From: Candidatus Rokuibacteriota bacterium
Lineage (GTDB): Bacteria > Methylomirabilota > Methylomirabilia > Rokubacteriales > CSP1-6
Direction: 5' to 3'
Assembly: GCA_016209385.1 (NCBI GenBank)
Contig: JACQWB010000136.1
Span: 5,880-69,879 of the forward strand
Length of the DNA: 64,000 bases
Below, piece after piece: positions 27,249 through 36,577 of the stretch. A model generated the notes under the pieces. It made no database searches, was not told the DNA's origin, and saw only the letters and a list, made by a program, of their open reading frames with translations. Position 1 is the first letter of the stretch, and every line of letters starts with the position of its first letter. The position numbers were made by a program, and so were the translations under genes.

Positions 27249-27830
27249 ATGACGACTCGCGCGCGACTCGGTGCATTGCTGGTGATCCTGGCGGTGGGCG
27301 GGCCGGGTCTGGTCTCGGCCCAGCAACCCGGCAAGGCTCAGGAGCCGGGTGAATTCCGGATCGGGCCCGGGGACGTCCTGGAGATCTCCGTGTGGAACAA
27401 CGCGGCGCTCAGCCGAACGGTCCCCGTGCGGCCGGACGGCAAGATCTCCCTCCCGGTCCTGAACGACGTGCAGGCGGCGGGCCTCACCACGGTGGAGCTG
27501 CGGAACATCCTGAAGAAAAGCCTGGCCGCCTACGTCGCCGCTCCGGAGGTCTCCGTGATTGTCCGGGAGGTGCACAGCTTCGCGGTCTCGGTCGTTGGCG
27601 AGGTGAAGACACCCGGCCGCTACGAGCTCACGACTCGGAGCACGGTGCTGGATGCCCTTGCCATCGCCGGCCCGTTCAGCGACTTTGCCGCCCGCTCGCG
27701 GATCGTGATCCTGCGCAACGAGGGCGGGAAGACCAAGCGGATCCCGTTCAACTACAACAAGGCCGTCTTGGCGGACGGGCAGCAGGAGAACTTCTTCCTC
27801 CGGCCCGGCGACGTCATCGTGGTGCCGTAG
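27249..27830 (+). CDS. Second polysaccharide export protein, tandem paralogue of 26619-27224.
   Basis: Same motifs (EFRIGPGDVLEISVWNN...VRPDGKISLPVLNDVQAAGL), ~70-75% identity to its neighbour. Confidence 0.8.
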   Translation: MTTRARLGALLVILAVGGPGLVSAQQPGKAQEPGEFRIGPGDVLEISVWNNAALSRTVPVRPDGKISLPVLNDVQAAGLTTVELRNILKKSLAAYVAAPEVSVIVREVHSFAVSVVGEVKTPGRYELTTRSTVLDALAIAGPFSDFAARSRIVILRNEGGKTKRIPFNYNKAVLADGQQENFFLRPGDVIVVP

Positions 27831-27849
27831 GCGGTCCGGGGGGGGACGC

Positions 27850-29412
27850 GTGGCGCACGGCATGGCCGATCAGGCGCAACAGGGGTCCGGGGTCCACCTG
27901 GCGCAGGAAGTGTGGTCGCGCCGGAAGTGGTCGGCCATCCTGGTCTTCATGGCGACGTTCAGCCTGGTGGTCAGCGTCGTGAACTTCCTCCCGAGCATTT
28001 ACCGCGCCACGGCCACGGTGCTCATCGAGCGCGAGCAGGTCCCTGCGACGTTTGTCAGGCCCGCGGTCACCGTGGAGCTCGACACGAGGCTTCAGACCAT
28101 CAGCGAGCAGACCCTGAGCCGCGCGCGGCTGCTGGAGCTGGTCAACCTCTTCGACCTCTACCCGGAGGTGAAAGGCCGAGCTCCGCTTGAGCACATCGTC
28201 GAGCGGATGCGGCGCGATATCAAGCTCGAGCTCAAGCAGGTCGAGCACACGGTCGGGCGCGGCGCGACCGTCGCCTTCGCGCTCAGCTACCGCGGGCGCG
28301 ATCCGCAGAAAGTCGCCAACGTGGCCAACACGCTGGCGTCGTTCTACATCGAGGAGAACTGGAAGATCCGCGGGCGGCAGGCGACGGAGACGACCGAGTT
28401 CTTCAAAGTCCAGCTCGACGAGATGCGGAAGCGGCTGGAGGAGCAGGAACGCCGGGTCGGCGAGGCGAAGCGACGGTATCCCGGCGAGTCTCCTCCTCAG
28501 ATGCAGGCGAACCTGCTCACGCTGGAGCGGCTCAGCGCTCAGCTTCGGCTGAACATCGAACGGCTGACCCGGCTCATGGAGCGGAGGGAAATCCTGGCGC
28601 GGCAGCTCGCCGAGGCGGCTCCGCGCGGCGCGGGGGGCGGGCCCAGCGCCAGAGCGGATCGGCTCGGCAAGCTGAAGGAAGAGCTGATCGAGCTTCGCCG
28701 GAGTTACACCGAGAAGTACCCGGATGTGATCCGGTTGAAAGCGGAGATCGCCGCCCGGGAGCGCGAGGCCGAGGCGAAGCCGGACGCGGAGGCGGACCCC
28801 GCTGTCCAGCGGCTGCGGCGGTCACTCCGCGAGGCGGAGACCGATATCGACGCCCTCAAGGACGAGGAGAAGCGGCTGAAAGAGGCGATCGCCGCGTACC
28901 AGCGGCGGATCGAGAACACGGCGGTCCGGGAGCAGGAGTTCACCCAGCTCCTGCGGGATTACGAGACGATGAAAGACCTCTACAGCTCGCTGCTGAGGCG
29001 GTACACGGACGCCCAGCAGGCGGAACATTTGGAGCAGGACCAGAAGGGGGAGAAGTTCAGCATGCTGGATCGCGCCGTGGTGCCGAACCATGCGGTCGCG
29101 CCGAACCACTTCCGGCTGATCGCCATGGGCCTGATGCTTTCCCTGGCGCTGGCCGTCGGCGTGGTGGTGGCGGCCGAGCAGGTCGACACGTCGTTCCACA
29201 CGGTGGACAGCCTGCGGGGCTTCACGAGCGTCCCGGTGCTGGTGAGCATTCCGCCGATCGTCACCGACGACGATATCGTCCGGCAGCGCCGGCGCGCCTG
29301 GCTCATCGCGGCCGCTTCGGCTGTGGGTCTGCTCCTCATCGTCGGGATGTCCTATTTCATCGCGCACGGCAACGAGCAGCTCGTGTCGATGCTGGCGCGC
29401 GGCGGGTCGTAG
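27850..29412 (+). CDS. Polysaccharide chain-length determinant protein (Wzz / PCP family, EpsF-like).
   Basis: N-terminal TM segment, long coiled-coil periplasmic region, C-terminal TM segment. Confidence 0.8.
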   Translation: MAHGMADQAQQGSGVHLAQEVWSRRKWSAILVFMATFSLVVSVVNFLPSIYRATATVLIEREQVPATFVRPAVTVELDTRLQTISEQTLSRARLLELVNLFDLYPEVKGRAPLEHIVERMRRDIKLELKQVEHTVGRGATVAFALSYRGRDPQKVANVANTLASFYIEENWKIRGRQATETTEFFKVQLDEMRKRLEEQERRVGEAKRRYPGESPPQMQANLLTLERLSAQLRLNIERLTRLMERREILARQLAEAAPRGAGGGPSARADRLGKLKEELIELRRSYTEKYPDVIRLKAEIAAREREAEAKPDAEADPAVQRLRRSLREAETDIDALKDEEKRLKEAIAAYQRRIENTAVREQEFTQLLRDYETMKDLYSSLLRRYTDAQQAEHLEQDQKGEKFSMLDRAVVPNHAVAPNHFRLIAMGLMLSLALAVGVVVAAEQVDTSFHTVDSLRGFTSVPVLVSIPPIVTDDDIVRQRRRAWLIAAASAVGLLLIVGMSYFIAHGNEQLVSMLARGGS

Positions 29413-29423
29413 GGCCGAGCTCC

Positions 29424-30428
29424 ATGTACCTGGAATTCTTCGGCCTGAAGGCGAAGCCGTTCAACAACACGCCTGACCCGAAGTTTCTCTACCTCACGCC
29501 GGGTCATCGCGAGGCGCTGGCGCACCTCGTGTACGGGGTCCAGGAGCAGAAAGGGTTCATCGTGCTCACGGGTGAGGTGGGGACCGGCAAGACGACGCTG
29601 CTCCGCGCCCTGCTTGAGCGGCTCGACGGCAGCAACACGGCGGTTGCCTTCGTCTTCCACTCGGCCCTCTCGTTCGACGACGTCCTCGAGTACATGCTCG
29701 AGGACTTCGGCCTGGGGAAGGTCGGGAAGAGCCGGGTCGAATGCCTGGTCGCGCTGAACGACTTCCTGATCGAGCGGCGGCGCGTCGGCCAGAACACCGC
29801 CGTGATCCTCGACGAGGCCCAGAACCTGCATCCGTCGACGCTCGAGCAGATCCGGCTCCTCTCGAATGCCGAGACGGCCACGGACAAGCTGCTGCAGATC
29901 GTGCTGGTGGGCCAGCCGGAGCTCGGGGCCAAGCTGGAGCTTGCGGAGCTGCGCCAGCTCAGGCAGCGGATCGGGCTCCGCTGCGCCATCTCGCCGTTGA
30001 CGGCGGCGGAGACCGGGGACTACATCCGGAGCCGCCTCCGGATCGCGGGGGCGCGGGATCTCAGCCTCTTTACCGAGCGCGCGGTGCGCCGGATCGCGCA
30101 GTACGCGGGCGGGATTCCGCGTGTCGTGAACCTGGTCTGCGACCACTGTCTCCTCATCGGGTACGCCGACCAGACGCGGCGGATCGATCGCGACATCGTG
30201 GAGCGGGCGATCGAGTACTTCGAGGAGGGCGCGCTGGCGCTCCCGCGGCGACAGGGGTTCGCCGCGCTCGCGCCGCTGCGGGGATTCCGGTGGCTCGTCG
30301 GAGCGCTCATCGCCTCCGTGATCGGCATCCTCGCGGGGTTGGCGTTGCAGCCCGATGCGGTGGCGTACGTGTCCGATTTGGTGTCCGGATCGCTCTCGAG
30401 CCTCGCGGACGCGCTGGGCGCCCAATGA
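29424..30428 (+). CDS. AAA ATPase of the ExeA/GspA-like family (secretion ATPase subfamily associated with PEP-CTERM-type EPS loci).
   Basis: Walker A motif GEVGTGKTTLLRAL, Walker B motif AVILDEAQNL. Confidence 0.8.
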   Translation: MYLEFFGLKAKPFNNTPDPKFLYLTPGHREALAHLVYGVQEQKGFIVLTGEVGTGKTTLLRALLERLDGSNTAVAFVFHSALSFDDVLEYMLEDFGLGKVGKSRVECLVALNDFLIERRRVGQNTAVILDEAQNLHPSTLEQIRLLSNAETATDKLLQIVLVGQPELGAKLELAELRQLRQRIGLRCAISPLTAAETGDYIRSRLRIAGARDLSLFTERAVRRIAQYAGGIPRVVNLVCDHCLLIGYADQTRRIDRDIVERAIEYFEEGALALPRRQGFAALAPLRGFRWLVGALIASVIGILAGLALQPDAVAYVSDLVSGSLSSLADALGAQ

Positions 30429-31459
30429 GCGAATTTTTCAGGGCGCTCGAGCGAGCCGAACAGGAGCGCATCCTGCGGGAGCAGGCGCGCCAACGGGAAG
30501 CCGGTGCGGTCGCGGTCGAGCCTCCCGGTGACGTCGCACCAGAAGAGACCCCGCCGGCAGCGGCCCCGCCGACGGTCCAGGAGCCGGTGTCAACGGGCGT
30601 CGAGCGGCCGGTCGAGGTGGAGGTCAGCCAGCCGGAGGCGCGGTCCGAAGACGGAGCGGTTCCCGCTGGCGTCGATGGCCACATGGTGAGCCTCATCACC
30701 CCGAGGGCGTTCGCGGCGGAGCAGTATCGGCGGCTTCGCTATGTAGTCGAGCAGCTCCATGCGAATGCCAACCTTTCGGTCGTCGCGGTCACGAGTCCCT
30801 CGGTCGGTGATGGCAAGTCCGTCACCGCCATCAATCTCGCCGGCGCCCTCGCGCAGGCGGTCGACGGGAAGGTGCTCCTCGTCGAAGCGGACCTGCGCCG
30901 GCCGTCCGTCGCCCATAAGCTGGCGCTCGGCGAATCCGCGGGGCCCGGGCTCGTGCGGGCGATCCTGGACCCGAACCTGACCCTGGAGAGCGTGGTGTGC
31001 CGCCATCCGGTGTTCAATCTGTCGATCCTCCACGCCGGCCGGAGCGAGGCCGCTCCGTACGAGTTGCTGAAATCGCCGCGGCTCGGAGAGCTGATCGCGG
31101 ACGCGCGCCGTCGTTACGAGTACCTGGTGCTCGATATGCCTCCCTTGCTGGCGGTGCCCGATTGCCAGGAGCTCGCGCAGTGGGTGGACGGCTTCCTCAT
31201 CGTCGTGGCCGCCAACAGGACGCCGCGCAAGCTCGTCGAGGAATCCCTGAACCTCATCGAGCCGAACAAGGTTGTCGGGTTCGTATTCAACCGAGACGAT
31301 CGACCGCTCTCCGGGTACTACGCGTACTACTACGGCTACGGGCCCGCCGAGGGCGACCTGCTGGGATGGTGGGGCCGCGCCGCGAAAAAGCTCGAGGGGT
31401 CGATCCGGGGGCGGCGGTTCCTCCGGGGAGCGCGGCCCGCCCGGGCGCCGCGACGCTGA
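30425..31459 (+). CDS. Bacterial tyrosine (BY) autokinase, EpsG/Wzc cytoplasmic-domain type.
   Basis: Walker A motif TSPSVGDGKS. C-terminal tyrosine cluster SGYYAYYYGYG. ATGA start/stop overlap with the upstream ATPase gene. Confidence 0.8.
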   Translation: MSEFFRALERAEQERILREQARQREAGAVAVEPPGDVAPEETPPAAAPPTVQEPVSTGVERPVEVEVSQPEARSEDGAVPAGVDGHMVSLITPRAFAAEQYRRLRYVVEQLHANANLSVVAVTSPSVGDGKSVTAINLAGALAQAVDGKVLLVEADLRRPSVAHKLALGESAGPGLVRAILDPNLTLESVVCRHPVFNLSILHAGRSEAAPYELLKSPRLGELIADARRRYEYLVLDMPPLLAVPDCQELAQWVDGFLIVVAANRTPRKLVEESLNLIEPNKVVGFVFNRDDRPLSGYYAYYYGYGPAEGDLLGWWGRAAKKLEGSIRGRRFLRGARPARAPRR

Positions 31460-31466
31460 TCACGCT

Positions 31467-33299
31467 ATGTGCGGCATCGTCGGATACATCGGCCAGCGCG
31501 AGGCGATCTCGTTCCTGATCGGGGGCCTTCACCGCCTGGAGTACCGGGGGTACGACTCCGCCGGGATCGCCACGCTCGACGGGAGCCGTCTCGACGTGCG
31601 GAAGACGGTGGGGAAGATCGCCGCGCTGGAGGCCTTGATCGCCGCGGGCCGGCCCCAGGGAACCCTCGGGATCGCCCACACGCGCTGGGCGACCCACGGA
31701 CGCCCGTCGGATGCCAACGCGCACCCGCACGTGGATTGTGGCTCGCGACTCGCCATCGTCCACAACGGAATCATCGAGAACTACCGGGAGCTCCGCCAGT
31801 CCCTGGGCGCCCAGGGGCATCGCTTTCGCTCCCAGACGGATACGGAGGTCATCGCGCATCTCATCGAGCGCTACCGGGCGAACGGGCTGCCCGAGGCCGT
31901 ATGCCGGGCTGCCCGGGACCTGCGGGGCACGTATGCCGTGGCCTGCATCGGGGACGATGCCCCCGATCTGCTGGTCGCTCTCCGTCGGGGCAGCAGCCCC
32001 CTGGTCATCGGCTTCGGGAATCGGGAGATGTTCCTCGCCTCGGATATCCCGGCACTGCTGGGGGAGACGCGGGAAATCCTGGTCCTCGAGGAGGGTGAGG
32101 TCGCCCTCCTGACCCGTGGCGAGATCAGCATCCGCAGGCTCGACGGGATTCCCGTGCGGCGGACCCCGTCCGTCGTGCCCTGGGACGCAGAAGCGGCCGA
32201 GAAAGGGGGGTATCCGCACTTCATGCTCAAGGAGATCTTCGAGCAACCCGAGGCTGTCCGGAACACGATGCGGGATCGCGTGGACGCCGAGGCGGGGGAG
32301 ATCCACATCCCCGAGCTGGGACTCAGGGACTGGGAGCTGGCCGGGCTGAACCGTCTCTGCTTCGTCGCCTGTGGCACGTCCTGGCACGCGGCGCTGGTCG
32401 GAAAGTATCTGGTCGAAGAGTTCGCCCGGCTTCCCGTGGAGGTGGATATCGCGTCGGAGTTCCGCTATCGTCGGCCCGTCCTCGACGGCCGCGTGCTCAC
32501 GGTCCCGATCTCGCAGTCGGGAGAGACCGCCGATACGCTGGCGGCGCTACGCGAGGCCAGGGAGCAGGGATCCTGGGTGGTGGCCGTCTGTAACGTGGTC
32601 GGCAGCTCGCTGGCCCGCGAGGCCCACGGCGTCCTCTACACCCGTGCCGGGGTCGAGATCGGTGTGGCGTCCACCAAGGCGTTCACGGCGCAGATCACCG
32701 CGCTCATCCTCCTCGCCCTGAAGCTGGGCCTCGCGAGGGGCTTCACCGAGCCCGCGCTGGTTCGCCAGGCGGTCAAGGCGCTGGCGGAGACGCCCGACCT
32801 CATGACCGCGGTGCTCCAGCAGAGCGACGAGATCGGCAGGATCGCGGCCGGCTTCGCCGGGAGCCGGAACTTCCTCTACCTCGGGCGCGGCATCCACTAC
32901 CCTCTGGCCCTGGAGGGGGCCCTCAAGCTCAAAGAGATCTCCTACATCCATGCCGAAGGGTACCCGGCGGGCGAGATGAAGCACGGCCCGATCGCCCTCA
33001 TCGACCGGCATATGCCCGTCGTCGCTGTCGCCCCGCTGGGGCCCACCTACGAGAAGATGGCGAGCAACATCGAAGAGGTGAAAGCCCGGGACGGGACTGT
33101 GGTCGCGGTCGCGACGGAAGGGGACGAGGAGATCAGAGCCAAGGCCGACATCGTCATCCCCATCCCGCCAGCTCTGCACTGGATCCAGCCGCTGCTGGTT
33201 GCGCTGCCGCTCCAGCTCCTCGCCTATCACGCGGGGGTCTTGCGGGGTTGCGACGTGGATCAGCCGCGGAACCTCGCCAAGAGCGTGACGGTGGAGTGA
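31467..33299 (+). CDS. glmS: Glutamine--fructose-6-phosphate aminotransferase (isomerising).
   Basis: N-terminus MCGIVGY (catalytic Cys2). Two SIS domains. 610 aa. Confidence 0.9.
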   Translation: MCGIVGYIGQREAISFLIGGLHRLEYRGYDSAGIATLDGSRLDVRKTVGKIAALEALIAAGRPQGTLGIAHTRWATHGRPSDANAHPHVDCGSRLAIVHNGIIENYRELRQSLGAQGHRFRSQTDTEVIAHLIERYRANGLPEAVCRAARDLRGTYAVACIGDDAPDLLVALRRGSSPLVIGFGNREMFLASDIPALLGETREILVLEEGEVALLTRGEISIRRLDGIPVRRTPSVVPWDAEAAEKGGYPHFMLKEIFEQPEAVRNTMRDRVDAEAGEIHIPELGLRDWELAGLNRLCFVACGTSWHAALVGKYLVEEFARLPVEVDIASEFRYRRPVLDGRVLTVPISQSGETADTLAALREAREQGSWVVAVCNVVGSSLAREAHGVLYTRAGVEIGVASTKAFTAQITALILLALKLGLARGFTEPALVRQAVKALAETPDLMTAVLQQSDEIGRIAAGFAGSRNFLYLGRGIHYPLALEGALKLKEISYIHAEGYPAGEMKHGPIALIDRHMPVVAVAPLGPTYEKMASNIEEVKARDGTVVAVATEGDEEIRAKADIVIPIPPALHWIQPLLVALPLQLLAYHAGVLRGCDVDQPRNLAKSVTVE

Positions 33300-33414
33300 C
33301 GCGCAGCTCTCACGTTAGAGCCGATCCGTCGAACCTGATCGCGCTCGCGCCGCCCGTTCGCTCCAGCCCACAGGCAGCCAAGACCCTCTAACAGCGTGCT
33401 GAAAAACTCCACGC

Positions 33415-33525
33415 GAATGCTCGAAGGGTCCACTTGGGGACAGCCGAAGCGCTTCGGGCGCGGGCTTGGCCCGCGCAATCTCGGGGGGAGGTTCGGAAGG
33501 GGGGCGGAGCCCCCCTCCGAGGATC
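33415..33525 (-). repeat. Copy D of the dispersed repeat (degenerate).
   Basis: Retains both hairpins: GCGCGGGCTTGGCCCGCGC and GGAAGGGGGGCGGAGCCCCCCTCC. Confidence 0.55.
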
Positions 33526-33526
33526 G

Positions 33527-33784
33527 ATGATGGTTCGCAAGGAGAAACTCCGCGGCACGGGTCCGGCGTACCGGCAGGGGTATCCCAAGATGGCTCCCTG
33601 TCTCGGGTGGTGCAACCGGCTCCACATGTCCCAGGGGCCCGGTGACCGCTTCTGCGAGCTGTGCCGGAGGCGAAAGGAGAAGATCGCCGGGACATGCGGG
33701 GACCTCTCCACCGCAGGGGAACCGGAGGTGCGTGATGCTTCTCGTGCTGAGGCGAAGACGACGGGAGCTGCTCCGCGAGATTAG
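33527..33784 (+). CDS. Hypothetical small zinc-ribbon protein (85 aa).
   Basis: ATGATG start preceded by a GAGGA Shine-Dalgarno sequence. CxxxC-(13)-CxxC motif (CLGWC...FCELC). High GC3 over the first 65 codons. Confidence 0.3.
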   Translation: MMVRKEKLRGTGPAYRQGYPKMAPCLGWCNRLHMSQGPGDRFCELCRRRKEKIAGTCGDLSTAGEPEVRDASRAEAKTTGAAPRD

Positions 33785-33983
33785 GGAGGGCATCAGCGAG
33801 TTCTATCGGGAACGATCGGCGACCGGTGAAGCGTCGGAGTCGGCGGACGAGGTCATGCCGAGTACCCACGGGATCGGAACGCTAAAGATCGAGCAGGCAC
33901 AGCGTGAGACCGCGGGACACACCGTGGAGGCACGCAGACAGAAGGAGGAGGAGAACGATGGCGGAACCAGCGATGGTTCATAG
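33735..33983 (+). CDS. Hypothetical small charged protein (82 aa), overlapping the two flanking small ORFs.
   Basis: GGAGG Shine-Dalgarno sequence 7 nt upstream of the ATG. Moderate GC3. Confidence 0.25.
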   Translation: MLLVLRRRRRELLREIREGISEFYRERSATGEASESADEVMPSTHGIGTLKIEQAQRETAGHTVEARRQKEEENDGGTSDGS

Positions 33984-34188
33984 CGACGGAACGGTTCGTC
34001 ACCACGTATTGTTCGCCGACTGGTGGGTCGGCTACCAGGCACTCTACCCCCCGCAGCCGCCGTCGGCCTCTCGCGAGCGCGAGGCGCGGCGGAAGGCGCA
34101 CAGGCGGTTGACCCTGGCGCTGCGGAGAGTGGACGAAGACGGGAGGCCCCTGCGATCGAGCCGCGAGGCGCGTTCGGGTCAGCGCTGA
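33958..34188 (+). CDS. Hypothetical small protein (76 aa).
   Basis: Strong AAGGAGGAGGAG Shine-Dalgarno sequence immediately upstream of the ATG. Confidence 0.3.
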   Translation: MAEPAMVHSDGTVRHHVLFADWWVGYQALYPPQPPSASREREARRKAHRRLTLALRRVDEDGRPLRSSREARSGQR

Positions 34189-34229
34189 GTCGCGTGTGCG
34201 GCCGAGGGCAATGATCCGCATCTGGTCCC

Positions 34230-35642
34230 ATGTTCGCTGACCACACCGACGATTTCCATAGCTTCCGGGTCACCCGGAGCCTTGCCGGGCTTACCTCCAG
34301 GTTGGCGCCCGCGCTGGGCGTCGCCTTCACCCTGCTAGGGACCTTGTACGCGCTCTCTCCGAACGCCCGGGTCGCGGTCGCGGGCCTCCTGATCGGTGCC
34401 GGGCTCCTCCTGTTGCTCCGCGCGGTCTCCGATCGAGTCCCGCGAGCCCGTCCGCGCCGCGAGCGCGTGCTGATCGTGGGGACCGGCCCCGTTGCCCGGA
34501 AGTTGATCGAGGAGATCGAGGCCCGGCCATGCTGCCGCTACACTATCGTCGGCGTGGTGGATGAGGCCACGGCCTCCGCCGAAGCGTTCCGCCACCTGCT
34601 CCTGGGGCGGCTCGAGCGTCTCGGCAAGATCATCGGCGAAGTCCACCCCGACCGGATCATCGTCGCGCTGGCCGAGCAACGGGGGCGGTTGCCGGTCCGC
34701 GAGCTGCTGGCGGCCCGCGTGCGCGCCGGGATCGTCGTCGAGGACGCGGTGGAGGTCTACGAGCGCCTCACGGGGAAGCTCGCCATCGAATCGCTCACGC
34801 CGAGCAGCCTGATCTTCTCCAGGGATTTCCGGAAGTCCCGGGTCGCCCTGGTGGTCGGCCGCGGGCTGAGCATCCTCGCCGCGCTGATCGGCCTCGTCGG
34901 CCTCGCCCCGCTCCTCGGCCTGATCGTCCTGGCCATCAAGCTGGATTCACGCGGCCCGGTGTTCTTCGTCCAGGAGCGGGTGGGTCTCCGCGGCCGGCGC
35001 TTCAAACTCATCAAGTTCCGCACCATGCACCCGGCGGACCGCGCGACATCCGAGTGGGTGCAGGACAACGTCGATCGCATCACGCGGGCCGGGAGGTGGC
35101 TGCGAAAGTTTCGCCTCGACGAGCTTCCCCAGTTCGCGAATATCCTCCACGGCGACATGAACCTGGTCGGTCCGCGACCGCACCCGGTCTCGAACTACGA
35201 GCTGTTCGTGCTGGTGCATCGGAATCTCAACGACATCTCCGGCCAGGAGATTCCGTACTACTCCCTCCGGTCCGCGGTTCGGCCCGGGGTGACGGGCTGG
35301 GCGCAGATCCGCTACGGCTACGCCAACAACCTCGCGGAAGAGACGGAGAAGATGCGCTACGACCTGTACTACATCAAGCACATGTCGCTGTGGCTGGATC
35401 TCCGCATCGTGTTCGAAACCGTCAGGGTCATCCTCCTGGGTCATGGGGCCGAGGCGGCCGCTGCCTCGAGGCGCGAGGTCCCCGCCGGAACGGGCCGGCA
35501 ACGGGGGCTCGCAGCGCTCTCGAGCGCCGGTGGAAGCGGCTCCGACGGCGCGGGTGACGGAGGAGATCCGAAGCGCATCGGAGCGAGGGTGGCGGGTGTC
35601 TTTGGCGCGCGCAGAACGCGCCACATATCACGCTCCGCATGA
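34230..35642 (+). CDS. Priming polyprenyl-phosphate sugar phosphotransferase (WbaP/EpsB 'bacterial sugar transferase' family).
   Basis: TM-rich N-terminus, then the conserved C-terminal catalytic domain DELPQFANILHGDMNLVGPRP...GVTGWAQI. Confidence 0.85.
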   Translation: MFADHTDDFHSFRVTRSLAGLTSRLAPALGVAFTLLGTLYALSPNARVAVAGLLIGAGLLLLLRAVSDRVPRARPRRERVLIVGTGPVARKLIEEIEARPCCRYTIVGVVDEATASAEAFRHLLLGRLERLGKIIGEVHPDRIIVALAEQRGRLPVRELLAARVRAGIVVEDAVEVYERLTGKLAIESLTPSSLIFSRDFRKSRVALVVGRGLSILAALIGLVGLAPLLGLIVLAIKLDSRGPVFFVQERVGLRGRRFKLIKFRTMHPADRATSEWVQDNVDRITRAGRWLRKFRLDELPQFANILHGDMNLVGPRPHPVSNYELFVLVHRNLNDISGQEIPYYSLRSAVRPGVTGWAQIRYGYANNLAEETEKMRYDLYYIKHMSLWLDLRIVFETVRVILLGHGAEAAAASRREVPAGTGRQRGLAALSSAGGSGSDGAGDGGDPKRIGARVAGVFGARRTRHISRSA

Positions 35643-36577
35643 AGCCTGCCGCGACGAAGTTCCTCGTCTGCCCTGAATGCAAGTCGGAGCTGGGTCTCCG
35701 CGCGCAGATCCATGAAGGCCGCGAGGTCGTCGAGGGCGCTCTGGAGTGCCGGGGATGTGGTGTCGGGTACCCGATCGTCGGCGGTGTTCCCAGGTTCGTG
35801 AGGTCCGGCGCGTACGCGTCCAGCTTCGGGTACCAGTGGCATCGGTTTCGGACGGTGCAGCTGGACTCCGTCAGCGGAACGAGCCGGTCGGAGCGGGCCC
35901 TGGAGTCCACAACGGGGTGGACGGACGCGGATTACGGGGGTCGCCTCGTGCTCGACGCGGGGGTCGGCGCCGGCCGGTTCGCGGAGATCGTCGCGAAGAA
36001 GGGCGGAGAGGTGGTCGGGATCGACCTGACGACGGCGGTGGACGCGGCATACCTCAACATCGGCCGACACGAGAGAGTCCACCTGATTCAGGCCGACATC
36101 TTCGCGATGCCGTTTCGCGAGAGCACATTCGACCTGGCCTACTCGATCGGCGTGCTGCATCACACCCCGGATCCGCGGGCCGCCTTCGAGCGCGTTGCCG
36201 CCACGGTCAAGAAGGGCGGCGGGCTCGCCATCTACGTGTATCACGGCTACGGCTTCGCGCAGCGTTCTTCCGACCTGATTCGGAGGCTGACCACGCGCCT
36301 GCCCGCCCCGCTCATGATCGCGCTCGCCGCGGCAGCGATCCCTCTCTACTACCTCTATGGGGTGCCCGGACTCGGCAAGGTGCTGCAGCTTGTCTGCCCG
36401 ATCTCGTTGCACCCGAGCTGGCGCTGGCGCTGGCTGGACACGTTCGACTGGTACACGCCGACGTACCAGTGGAAGTTTCGCTATCCCGAAGTGATCCGCT
36501 GGTTTCGGGCGAACGGGTTCCTCGATATCGAAGCCTTCGATGACGCGATTCGGATCCGCGGGATCAAGACCGGGTGA
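35639..36577 (+). CDS. Class I SAM-dependent methyltransferase with an N-terminal Trm112-like zinc-ribbon.
   Basis: CPECKSEL...CRGCG zinc-ribbon, then LDAGVGAGRFAEIVAKKGGEVVGIDL (motif I). Confidence 0.7.
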   Translation: MKPAATKFLVCPECKSELGLRAQIHEGREVVEGALECRGCGVGYPIVGGVPRFVRSGAYASSFGYQWHRFRTVQLDSVSGTSRSERALESTTGWTDADYGGRLVLDAGVGAGRFAEIVAKKGGEVVGIDLTTAVDAAYLNIGRHERVHLIQADIFAMPFRESTFDLAYSIGVLHHTPDPRAAFERVAATVKKGGGLAIYVYHGYGFAQRSSDLIRRLTTRLPAPLMIALAAAAIPLYYLYGVPGLGKVLQLVCPISLHPSWRWRWLDTFDWYTPTYQWKFRYPEVIRWFRANGFLDIEAFDDAIRIRGIKTG

